Below the pieces are notes generated by a model, which searched no databases, was not told the origin of the DNA, and worked only from the letters and a program-made list of their open reading frames with translations. Both the position numbers and the translations under genes were made by a program. Below, piece by piece: positions 10,130 to 19,139 of a stretch of 60,460 bases of DNA. The DNA is from an uncultured Chitinophagaceae bacterium (GTDB lineage Bacteria > Bacteroidota > Bacteroidia > NS11-12g > UBA9320). Position 1 is the stretch's first letter. Each line of letters starts with the position of its first letter. The stretch is taken from contig CAZYJD010000003.1 in the NCBI GenBank assembly GCA_964647785.1, positions 1-60,460 on the forward strand, in the 5' to 3' direction.

Positions 10130-11412
10130 AAAACTTACAACAAATACTTAAACGTATCGGCCCCACGTATTCTCGCATCTTTATCACTCTATTGCTCTGG
10201 TCAGCAGGGATGCAGCTCTTTGCTCAATGCGATTTCACCGAAGCTCGTTATGCCGTTCGAGAGGAATTGGATGTGCTCTATGGCATTCAAAACGATTGGG
10301 CGGGAAACCCCGATAGCCTAAGATTGGATTTATACAAACCCAGCGGAGATCATAGCACTGCTCGCCCTTTGTTGATGCTGGTGCATGGTGGAGGTTTTGC
10401 TTCAGGTGACAAATCCGAATTAAAGGCTTTGTGCACCTCCATCGCCTCATGCGGTATTGTTTGTGTGTCTTTAGAATACCGCCTAGGGTTTGTGCGTCCG
10501 CTTCAATTAGACTATCCATACAGCTATGATCAAGCAGAGGTGTACCGTGCCATTTATCGTGCTCAACAAGATGCAAAAGGTGCCATTCGGTTTTTAAAGG
10601 GGCGAAGCGATCTTGATTCTACCGATCGCAATGAGTTTTACACCGGCGGTTTTAGCGCAGGTGGCTTCGTAGCCTTGGCTACGGCCTTTTACACCGATAG
10701 CAGTTTGCGATTCCCATCAACCTTAGCCATCTCAGATGCTGTAAATCAAAGTGGCACTTATGCGCGGCCTGATCTTGGTTTGTTCGATGGTGGTTTGCAC
10801 CGCAATGGAGAAAATGCCACAATCAAAGGGGTGTTCAACTTTTTTGGTGCAGTGCACGACACCTCTATCATCACCTCTTCAGGTCCAAAAATTTGGCAAT
10901 ACCATCAATCCGGTGATCCGGTGGTGCCATGTGAAAGAAATAAACCCTATCACGGCATTGGTTTATTGATTCCTGATAATTACCCTGCTGTAAGTGGCAG
11001 CTGCCATATACAAACCCGTTTACAAAATTTGGGAGCACAGGCACCTGAGCATAAAACCATCATTCATAATGGCAATGAACACGATGTACACGACATCGTT
11101 TCGGTACAAAAAGACATGCTTGAAACCCTGAGCAAATGGATTTGCAGCGGTCCTTTGTCAGCAACGGCCATTCAAAACAATTTAACGGCCAAGGTTTATC
11201 CCAACCCTTCAAAAACCCGAGTTGTGTTTGAACAAATACCCTCAGGAAGTCAGATTGAAATTTTCGATCATCAAGGCCGTTTGTGTGCAGAAATGACTTC
11301 GAATGCTTCGATTCTGGAATGGAAGCACCAATTGCCCGATGGTATTTATTGCGCTTTGATTGCAACGCCCGATGGCGGATGCAAACGTTTCTCATTCATC
11401 GTTTCCAATTAA
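10126..11412 (+). CDS. T9SS type A-sorted alpha/beta-hydrolase (carboxylesterase-like)
   Basis: Signal peptide, HGGGF oxyanion motif, GFSAG nucleophile elbow, candidate Asp (DPVVP) and His (NEHD), C-terminal KVYPNP... sorting domain. Confidence 0.85.
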   Translation: MKNLQQILKRIGPTYSRIFITLLLWSAGMQLFAQCDFTEARYAVREELDVLYGIQNDWAGNPDSLRLDLYKPSGDHSTARPLLMLVHGGGFASGDKSELKALCTSIASCGIVCVSLEYRLGFVRPLQLDYPYSYDQAEVYRAIYRAQQDAKGAIRFLKGRSDLDSTDRNEFYTGGFSAGGFVALATAFYTDSSLRFPSTLAISDAVNQSGTYARPDLGLFDGGLHRNGENATIKGVFNFFGAVHDTSIITSSGPKIWQYHQSGDPVVPCERNKPYHGIGLLIPDNYPAVSGSCHIQTRLQNLGAQAPEHKTIIHNGNEHDVHDIVSVQKDMLETLSKWICSGPLSATAIQNNLTAKVYPNPSKTRVVFEQIPSGSQIEIFDHQGRLCAEMTSNASILEWKHQLPDGIYCALIATPDGGCKRFSFIVSN

Positions 11413-11414
11413 TT

Positions 11415-14000
11415 TCAAGGCCTTGTTTTAACAAACTTGGTGGTATAAAGCACCTCCTTGTCTTGACTTACGCTAAAGAAATAGATTCCAGAAGCCAGCT
11501 CAGGAACTTGAAAATCAAGTTGTGAAGCAACATTCAACTGATTTTCCCAGATCAGTTGGCCATTGATATTGTAGATGCGGAATTCCATTAAACCCGTATT
11601 CTCTTCGGGTATCTTCAATTTCAATTGGTTGTCCGAGAGAGGGTTTGGAAACAATCTCCATTGAGAAGTTGCAGTTAATTCCTCACGCCACTCAAAATAG
11701 GCCGATGAATCAATATCATTGATGAACCAAAGACCACCACTTACGCTACCGGCCCAAAATCTTCTCCCTGCAGGGTCATTGGGGTCTTGTAGAATGGTAC
11801 GTGTTCGTCCGCCAATGTTTCTTGGACCACGTTCATTCCAGTCAATTTCATTGCTACGGGTTTTCCATTTTCCCGTATAAAGGCCTCTGCCGTGAGTGGC
11901 TGCAATGATGGTTTGGTCGCTTTCACGGTAACGCAGCATGCTTATTCGCAAATTGGCCAAACCTTCATTCGACGCATACCAACGAGTGTTCATTCCATTG
12001 AGGCTATCGGTGTAATAAACACCATTTTCAGTACCCAGCCAGCATACTCCTGGCCGACTTGGGTGGGTCATGGCCCAACGAACAGGCAAATCCGGCAAAT
12101 TGCCATTGCAATCTCTCCAACGGGGTGCTTCGCTGAGCGCATTAAACGACTCCCAAACCTTGCTGATGCCATAATTGGTGAAGGTAATCAGCACGTGGTT
12201 GGCATCTGTTTCATCCACTTCAATGCAGCTCACATAACCCGGAGGTAAATCTTTTTGTCGGTCTACAAAAACAGTGCGGTCATTAGAAGTGGAGTTGTGC
12301 GCATTTTCGAGGCGATACACCAGACCATTTTGTGCCAAACCGACGAAAACAACATGCGCAGGTTTCGTGCTAAGTCCTATGGCTGATATTTGTCCGGTGG
12401 GCGCACAAGCCCGCTCCCATTTTGTACTATCTGCCTCGGAGGCATTCTTCAACCGCCACAACCCAATGTTGGACGCTTGAAATAAAATTTCGGGATCAAC
12501 AGGGTCCAGGTGCAAGGGATTGATGAAAAGGGTGTTGCTATTTTGCAGTGCGGGATTGGTCAGGGTATCAATTCGGTCTTCATGGAATCGGTAAATTCTA
12601 CGCAATTGTGTGGTGGTAAAAACCACTTCATTCTTAGGGTTAACCTCACAGAATCCGCCATCGGCCCATGATAAATTTTCGAAATCACTGATTCCGGCAG
12701 CAGTTGATCGGTAGGTTCCATTGTCTTGTGTGCCGCCTAAAATTCTCGGATCTCCCGCTTTGGGGTAAATGGCTGCCGTATAGTATTGGGTAACATTATA
12801 ATTATCATTGATCGAATAAATAACGGGCGTATCTGCTCTAAAACTATCGCAGCGATAAATGCCTCCGTCATTCGTAAAGTATACCTCATCAGAATTGATG
12901 AAAACCACTTCATGCTGATCCACATGAACATATTGCAAATCACTTTTCACCCGTTTATCGCCTTCACATAATTGCTGCCAGCTGTTGCCTCCATCGCGGC
13001 TTCTGTACAAATTGAGCCCGCCGCAAACCACTACATCTTCATTGTTAGGATCCACTTCAATGATCAGATCATACCACCCCTGCAGCTTGGCCAACTCACG
13101 GTCACCCCCTGGCAAAGCAACTTCCTGCCAACTCAAGCCTCGGTCATCACTGCGATACACCCCGCTAATTTTTCTATCAGAAGCATGCGTAGGGATGCAG
13201 TATAAACGGTTGGGATTGCTCGGGGCAACAGCCAATTCTATACGATGAACATTGGCAGGAAGGCCGTTGGTGCGCTGCTCCCAACTTCCGGGATTCCCGC
13301 TATCCGAGAAATAAATACCATCGGTGTCAAAAATCCCAAAGCTTACCCAGAGGTTTCCATCAGCATCAATCTCAATATCTGCGGCTCTAGGGGTACGAGC
13401 ACCTGAATTTCGTGAAAGTACGGGCTGAAAGCTGAGGCCACCATCTGTGCTTCGCTGCAATCCTCCTTCTCGGGTTGCGACATAAAGATGTCCGCTCGAG
13501 GGATGAACCACCATATCCTGACAATAATAAAAGGTGTCCGTTAATGTAGCGCTGAGTTGTTGCCAGTTCGCGCCGCCATCCACGCTCTTCCAAACACCAT
13601 AGCCCCTGCTCGCATCTGCATTGAACCACCCCTCTCCTGTGCAGAAATACATCTCCTGCGGATTTTGAGGATTGAAGGTGATTTTGGTAATGGCCAAGCT
13701 GGCAAAAAAATCATTCACCTTTAGCCAGGCATATGGGAAATATTTGATTTGTTTACGCAGTTTTTCTTGCTGCAATTGGGTGAATGACATGCTCCCTCCC
13801 AGGGTTTTGTATCGAAGATGCGTATTGATCTCATCCGTATATGGGTTGCGTAACATCATCATTTCTTGTTCGATGAAGGCAGGATTTGGTGAAGATGAAT
13901 CATCTGATTGCTTGGCTTTTCCAGCCATCCACTGCCAAAGTACTGCCGTCCCAACAATTAAAAGTAAGTACGTAATTCCGTGAAAGGTTAGCTTTTTCAT
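11415..14000 (-). CDS. T9SS type A-sorted Asp-box/BNR beta-propeller protein (VPS10/GH74-like fold, function unknown)
   Basis: Multiple S-x-D-G-G-x-x-W boxes (SVDGGANW, STDGGLSF, SDDRGLSW, SRDGGNSW), QGWYDL, HVDQH, GGTQDNGT, DGG, ATHGRG, C-terminal RLFPNP... sorting domain. Confidence 0.88.
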   Translation of the reverse strand: MKKLTFHGITYLLLIVGTAVLWQWMAGKAKQSDDSSSPNPAFIEQEMMMLRNPYTDEINTHLRYKTLGGSMSFTQLQQEKLRKQIKYFPYAWLKVNDFFASLAITKITFNPQNPQEMYFCTGEGWFNADASRGYGVWKSVDGGANWQQLSATLTDTFYYCQDMVVHPSSGHLYVATREGGLQRSTDGGLSFQPVLSRNSGARTPRAADIEIDADGNLWVSFGIFDTDGIYFSDSGNPGSWEQRTNGLPANVHRIELAVAPSNPNRLYCIPTHASDRKISGVYRSDDRGLSWQEVALPGGDRELAKLQGWYDLIIEVDPNNEDVVVCGGLNLYRSRDGGNSWQQLCEGDKRVKSDLQYVHVDQHEVVFINSDEVYFTNDGGIYRCDSFRADTPVIYSINDNYNVTQYYTAAIYPKAGDPRILGGTQDNGTYRSTAAGISDFENLSWADGGFCEVNPKNEVVFTTTQLRRIYRFHEDRIDTLTNPALQNSNTLFINPLHLDPVDPEILFQASNIGLWRLKNASEADSTKWERACAPTGQISAIGLSTKPAHVVFVGLAQNGLVYRLENAHNSTSNDRTVFVDRQKDLPPGYVSCIEVDETDANHVLITFTNYGISKVWESFNALSEAPRWRDCNGNLPDLPVRWAMTHPSRPGVCWLGTENGVYYTDSLNGMNTRWYASNEGLANLRISMLRYRESDQTIIAATHGRGLYTGKWKTRSNEIDWNERGPRNIGGRTRTILQDPNDPAGRRFWAGSVSGGLWFINDIDSSAYFEWREELTATSQWRLFPNPLSDNQLKLKIPEENTGLMEFRIYNINGQLIWENQLNVASQLDFQVPELASGIYFFSVSQDKEVLYTTKFVKTRP

Positions 14001-14006
14001 TCGTTA

Positions 14007-14014
14007 CAAAAATA
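14007..14014 (-). promoter_or_regulatory. -7 box (TATTTTTG) 6 nt upstream of ATG 14000
   Basis: Exact TAnnTTTG on the minus strand. Confidence 0.65.
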
Positions 14015-14232
14015 AGGTGATCGTTGATCATCAAAGAAGGTATGAAGGTGTGCTATTTAGACCTAAGAGGTGCTCGTGAGCGCAAAACTTCACCCAGGAG
14101 CTCATATCACATTTCCCAAGGCTACTCAATACATGCATAATTATCGTTGCCTGAACTTTAAAAAGTTTTCAGATATTCAAACACTTGTTATACCGAGTAT
14201 GTTTATTTACTTAGTGGTTAAAAATCAAAATC

Positions 14233-15702
14233 TTGGATAAGAAAAGCGCAATCGTCATCGGGTCTGGATTCTCCTCTCTTTCTGCCGCCTCACATTTGGC
14301 AGCAAATGGCCTAGAAGTGCAGATATTGGAAAAAAACGAACAAACAGGTGGCCGGGCGAGAATGATGAAAGCACAAGGTTTTGTATTCGATATGGGGCCC
14401 AGTTGGTATTGGATGCCTGAGGTATTCGAAAACTTTTACCGGCATTTTGGACATCAGGCATCCGACTTTTACGAACTAAAGCGTCTGGATCCTTCCTATA
14501 GGGTGGTTTTTGGAAAAGAAGACTACATGGACATCCCTGCAACGGCCAGAGAATTGGAAGATTTATTCGAGCGCACGGAAAAAGGTAGTGCCGTAAAATT
14601 GAGAAAGTTTCTGAAGGATGCCGCTTATAATTATCATGTGGCCATGACCAAAGTGGTTCATCGGCCTGGTTTTTCTTTGACTGAATTGGTGATGCCCGAA
14701 ACCGTCAAGAAAGCGGGGGCCTTTGTGCGAAACATTCGCTCACAAGTGAGATCGATGTTCAAAGACCATCGATTACAACAGATACTAGAGTTTCCGGTGT
14801 TGTTCCTTGGGGCCAAACCGGCCGATACTCCAGAGTTTTATAATTTCATGAATCATGCCGATTTAAGTTTAGGCACCTGGTATCCCATGGGAGGAATGCA
14901 TGAAATTGTAAAAGCCATGCAAAAAATTGCCGAAGAACAAGGGGTAAAAATCAGCCTCAATTCTGCAGTTGATTCATTCATCATTCAAAATGGTGCCGTA
15001 AAGGGGGTTCGCGTAGGCGACAAAGAAATCATGGCAGACGTAGTGGTGAGCGGTGCAGATTACCATCATACCGAAAGCTTGTTGCCCAAAGCAAACAGGC
15101 AGTTCAATGATAAATACTGGCAGCAAAGAACCATGGCTCCCTCAAGCTTGCTTTTTTATTTAGGAGTAAAGGGCAAGGTTGAGCATTTGCTCCACCACAA
15201 CCTATTTTTCGACGAAAGTTTCGACCAGCATGCCTCAGAGATATACGATCAGCCCGAATGGCCTGAGAATCCGCTCTTTTATGCCTGTGTCCCAAGCAAG
15301 ACCGATCCCTCAGTAGCACCTCAAGGTGATGAAAATATTTTTATATTGATTCCCATTGCACCGGATTTAAAAGACGATGAGCACATCCGCGACCAGTGGT
15401 TCGAAAAAGTAATGAAACGGCTGGAAGCTTTTTGCGGCCAAGAAATTCGCAGCCGCATCACCTATAAAAAATCATTTTGTGTAAATGATTTCAAGGAGGC
15501 CTACAACTCATTTAAGGGCAATGCTTACGGCATGGCCAATACCCTTTTTCAAACGGCTTACTTTAGACCAGGCTTGCGTTCAAAGAAGTTAAAAAATTTG
15601 TATTTTACGGGACAATTAACCGTACCAGGACCCGGCGTACCACCAGCCATTATTTCAGGCGAAGTTGTTTCCGGAGTAATCAAAAAAGATTTAGAGCTAT
15701 GA
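14233..15702 (+). CDS. crtI: Phytoene desaturase
   Basis: TTG start; VIGSGFSSL FAD motif, GGRAR, FDMGPSWYWMP, YPMGGM, SSLLFYLG, NLYFTGQLTVPGPGVP. Confidence 0.95.
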   Translation: MDKKSAIVIGSGFSSLSAASHLAANGLEVQILEKNEQTGGRARMMKAQGFVFDMGPSWYWMPEVFENFYRHFGHQASDFYELKRLDPSYRVVFGKEDYMDIPATARELEDLFERTEKGSAVKLRKFLKDAAYNYHVAMTKVVHRPGFSLTELVMPETVKKAGAFVRNIRSQVRSMFKDHRLQQILEFPVLFLGAKPADTPEFYNFMNHADLSLGTWYPMGGMHEIVKAMQKIAEEQGVKISLNSAVDSFIIQNGAVKGVRVGDKEIMADVVVSGADYHHTESLLPKANRQFNDKYWQQRTMAPSSLLFYLGVKGKVEHLLHHNLFFDESFDQHASEIYDQPEWPENPLFYACVPSKTDPSVAPQGDENIFILIPIAPDLKDDEHIRDQWFEKVMKRLEAFCGQEIRSRITYKKSFCVNDFKEAYNSFKGNAYGMANTLFQTAYFRPGLRSKKLKNLYFTGQLTVPGPGVPPAIISGEVVSGVIKKDLEL

Positions 15703-16535
15703 AAAATTTATACGACAAGGTTTCATTTGATTGCAGCCGCTATGTAACCAAGAGCTACAGCACCAGTTTTTCAATGGCTGTCGGCCTGTTGGATGAATCA
15801 ATACAGGCGGCCATTCACAGCATTTACGGATTTGTTCGTTTTGCTGATGAAATTGTGGATACTTTTCATGATTACGACAAAGAGGCTCTGATTGATACTT
15901 TTGAAAGAGACACCTACGAAGCCATTGAAAGCGGCATCAGCTTGAATCCCATTCTCAACAGTTTTCAGCTCACCGTAAATCGCTATCACATCGATCATGA
16001 AAGCATTGACGCTTTTTTCAAGAGCATGAAAATGGATTTGAAAAAGGTGAGCTATGACGATGATTTGTACAAAGAATATATCTATGGTTCAGCGGATGTG
16101 GTTGGACTCATGTGCCTGCGCGTTTTTGTAGATGGGGAAGATGAAACTTACCATCGCCTAAAACCCAGTGCCATGCGCTTGGGCTCTGCCTTTCAAAAGG
16201 TCAATTTCCTTCGCGATATGCGTAACGACTACGAACTTTTGAATCGCACGTACTTCCCTAATGTTGACATGACCAACTTCAGCAAAGAAGATAAACAGTT
16301 GATAGAAGAAGAAATAGCTGCTGATTTTGCCGCTGCTTACGAAGGAATTGTTCAACTTCCTGAGAATGCTCGTATGGGTGTATACATTGCTTATATCTAT
16401 TACAAGCAATTGTTCAGAAAGATCAGAAGCACCCCTCCTGCCAAGGTATTAAAGACGAGAATCCGTATTAACAACGGACTGAAGTATAGCCTGATTGCCA
16501 CTTCTTTTCTCCGTTCTAAATTCAATTTATTGTGA
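15699..16535 (+). CDS. crtB: Phytoene synthase
   Basis: YSTSFS, IYGFVRFADEIVD, YIYGSADVVGLMCL, LGSAFQKVNFLRD; ATGA overlap with crtI. Confidence 0.95.
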   Translation: MKNLYDKVSFDCSRYVTKSYSTSFSMAVGLLDESIQAAIHSIYGFVRFADEIVDTFHDYDKEALIDTFERDTYEAIESGISLNPILNSFQLTVNRYHIDHESIDAFFKSMKMDLKKVSYDDDLYKEYIYGSADVVGLMCLRVFVDGEDETYHRLKPSAMRLGSAFQKVNFLRDMRNDYELLNRTYFPNVDMTNFSKEDKQLIEEEIAADFAAAYEGIVQLPENARMGVYIAYIYYKQLFRKIRSTPPAKVLKTRIRINNGLKYSLIATSFLRSKFNLL

Positions 16536-17029
16536 TCGCCTTTCTAATCAGTTGGCTCTTTTTATCCGAATCTCCTGTTAGCGCTTATGAACAGATAAGG
16601 CACGATTTTCAAACGATATTAAATTCAACCGAAAAAACTGCCCGTTTTATTTCAAAACACCATCATCGAAAAGAAGCACTGAGCATGGCTTATCTCTCAG
16701 CAGCAGAGGCCATGATGGCAGAAGAAGTTTTCAATCCATACACCAAGTACCGACATTTTACCAATGGCACAAAACAGCTTGATGATCTGATCAACAAAAA
16801 CCAACAAAACATTGAGATGCGATTTTTACGGCTTATGATTCAGAAAGAATCGCCGTCCTTCTTGGGTTATAGGGATGATATTGGCGATGATTTAAATGCC
16901 TTTTGCACCCATTTCTCTAGTTACCGGGTCTGTGGTTCTGAGTACAAAACCTATATGAAAAACATCTTAATCGATATGTTTCGTGAAGATCGCCTTTATT
17001 TTACCCGTCTGAACAAATTAGAAGCATGA
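16532..17029 (+). CDS. Hypothetical exported alpha-helical protein inside the crt operon
   Basis: GTG start overlapping the crtB stop; hydrophobic N-terminus; NPYTKY...NIEMRFLRLMIQ...PSFLGY motif recalled from Bacteroidota crt-cluster hypotheticals. Confidence 0.75.
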   Translation: MIAFLISWLFLSESPVSAYEQIRHDFQTILNSTEKTARFISKHHHRKEALSMAYLSAAEAMMAEEVFNPYTKYRHFTNGTKQLDDLINKNQQNIEMRFLRLMIQKESPSFLGYRDDIGDDLNAFCTHFSSYRVCGSEYKTYMKNILIDMFREDRLYFTRLNKLEA

Positions 17030-17487
17030 TATCTATGAGCTGGATTATTTTGTTATTGACTTTTATACTCATGGAAGCTGCGGCATGGGGCCTTCATAAG
17101 TATGTGATGCATGGTTTCCTATGGAGCTGGCATGAAGACCATCATGTGCGACGTCCAGGGTTTTTCGAAAAAAATGATCGCTTCTTTCTCGTTTTTGCCG
17201 TTCCGAGTTCCCTTAGTATTTTTTTTGGCAGTTTACTGGGAATAAGCTGGTTGATGTTCATTGGCTTTGGCATTGCACTTTATGGCGCAGCTTATTCACT
17301 GGTGCATGATATTTTCATCCATCAGCGCATTAAAATATTCACCCGCAGCAACAACATTTATTTACGGGCCATTCGCAAAGCCCATAAGGTGCATCACAAA
17401 CATCTTGGAAAGGAAGATGGAGAATGCTTTGGTATGTTGCTTGTACCTATTAAGTATTTCAAGGAAGCTGCAGCCAGCGGTAAATAA
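17026..17487 (+). CDS. crtZ: Beta-carotene hydroxylase (fatty-acid hydroxylase superfamily)
   Basis: His boxes HKYVMHG, WHEDHH, VHDIFIHQR, AHKVHH; FEKND motif. Confidence 0.92.
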   Translation: MISMSWIILLLTFILMEAAAWGLHKYVMHGFLWSWHEDHHVRRPGFFEKNDRFFLVFAVPSSLSIFFGSLLGISWLMFIGFGIALYGAAYSLVHDIFIHQRIKIFTRSNNIYLRAIRKAHKVHHKHLGKEDGECFGMLLVPIKYFKEAAASGK

Positions 17488-17585
17488 CCTCCCCCCCCTC
17501 TTTTATTGGTCATTTGAAAGAGAGCTGACATCATTTATCCGCTTCAATCAGATTCTGTCTTTACTTTGTAACCAGATTTAATCAT

Positions 17586-19139
17586 TTGAAGAAGCTCCAT
17601 TTATTATTAATCAAGTCATTTGCAGGACCCTTTGTGGCCACCTTCTTCATTTCACTTTTTCTATTCCTGATGCAATTTCTTTGGAAATACATCGGAGATC
17701 TGGTAGGCAAAGGATTGGAATGGTATATCATCCTTGAATTCATCTTTTATTCATCGATTCACCTCATTCCCCTTGCGTTGCCATTGGCCATTCTTCTTTC
17801 AAGCATCATGACCATGGGTAACCTTGGAGAACGCTATGAGCTTGCAGCCATTAAATCGGCAGGTGTTTCTTTGCTTAAGGCCATGCGGCCCATGATGCTA
17901 CTAATGATTTTCATGGCATTGGTTACTTTCTACACCACGAACATTCTCATTCCAAAGGCCAATTTGAGTTGGGGAGCCTTGTTGTATGATGTGAGCAATA
18001 AAAAGCCCGCATTGAATATACAGGATGGCATCTTTTACAAGGAGTTAGACGGTTATGCCATCAGGGTAGGCCACAAGCAAAGCGACAATCAAACAGTTGA
18101 GGATATCACCATCTATGAAGATGGTAGAAATCGCACCACCAAAACCATTGTGCTGGCAAAGAAGGGGAAAATGTACTTCACCGAAGATCAGCGTTACCTG
18201 TTGTTGGAATTGGAAAACGGGGTGAGGTATGAGGAGATGATCGACAACCCATCTTACAATCGGAATTTCCCACACAACACCATGCACTTCAAAAAACAAG
18301 AGATTGCCATCAATCTTGAAGAACTCCAATTTAAGCGCACCCGGAAAGAACTTTTCAAAGATGATTACCGCATGCTCAATGTGAAAGAGCTCAATGAAAA
18401 ATCTGATTCACTCAACCGACAAATAACAACCAAATATCGTTACCTCAATCAATACCTCAGTCCTTATTTTCATTTTCCAAAAGACAGCACCAAGCACTAC
18501 CAATTTAGTCCGTCTCAGATCAAAATGCCCTACATTGATCAGGTTGGCAACTTCATTAAACTGGAGAAAAGAAAATTGGCGACAGAAACCCTTGAACAAA
18601 ATGTAGATGCCGGCGATGTACAAAACGGCATTGTTATCGAAGAGCAACAAAGTGCATTGGAATGGCCTCAAGAAACTGCTGACCGCAATCAATTAAAAAA
18701 AGATGCCCTCAGTGCAGCGGCTAATTCGGCGCGTAATATTCAGCGTGTTCTCAACAGCACCAACCAGGAAATAAAGGTAATCAATGATCTAAAAATGAAG
18801 TATGAAGTTGAATGGCATAAAAAGTTCACCCTGGCCATTTCGTGCATCATTCTCTTTTTCATTGGTGCTCCTTTAGGGGCCATCATCCGAAAAGGAGGAT
18901 TTGGTCTTCCGTTGGTCATTTCCATATTGCTATTTATTGTTTATTACATCATCAATGTGGTTGGAGAAAAGTTGGCAAAAGAAGGTCACCTCCATATCAT
19001 TACAGGCATGTGGATGAGCAGCGTAATTCTGTTTCCGCTGGCTGTTTTTCTTACTTATAAAGCCAGCACAGATTCCAGGTTGTTGGACGGCGATTCTTGG
19101 AAGAGAATGTTCAATTTCTTAAAGCGGAAGGAGCGTTGA
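17586..19139 (+). CDS. LptF/LptG family LPS export permease
   Basis: TTG start; PLAILLSSIMTMGNLGERYELAAIKSAG; periplasmic beta-jellyroll; EWHKKFTLAISC...GAPLGAIIRKGG. Confidence 0.92.
   Translation: MKKLHLLLIKSFAGPFVATFFISLFLFLMQFLWKYIGDLVGKGLEWYIILEFIFYSSIHLIPLALPLAILLSSIMTMGNLGERYELAAIKSAGVSLLKAMRPMMLLMIFMALVTFYTTNILIPKANLSWGALLYDVSNKKPALNIQDGIFYKELDGYAIRVGHKQSDNQTVEDITIYEDGRNRTTKTIVLAKKGKMYFTEDQRYLLLELENGVRYEEMIDNPSYNRNFPHNTMHFKKQEIAINLEELQFKRTRKELFKDDYRMLNVKELNEKSDSLNRQITTKYRYLNQYLSPYFHFPKDSTKHYQFSPSQIKMPYIDQVGNFIKLEKRKLATETLEQNVDAGDVQNGIVIEEQQSALEWPQETADRNQLKKDALSAAANSARNIQRVLNSTNQEIKVINDLKMKYEVEWHKKFTLAISCIILFFIGAPLGAIIRKGGFGLPLVISILLFIVYYIINVVGEKLAKEGHLHIITGMWMSSVILFPLAVFLTYKASTDSRLLDGDSWKRMFNFLKRKER

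Noticed and set aside
14043-14141. 32-codon ORF upstream of crtI (MKVCYLDLRG...)
   Set aside because: No promoter box, no recognisable features; length within chance expectation.
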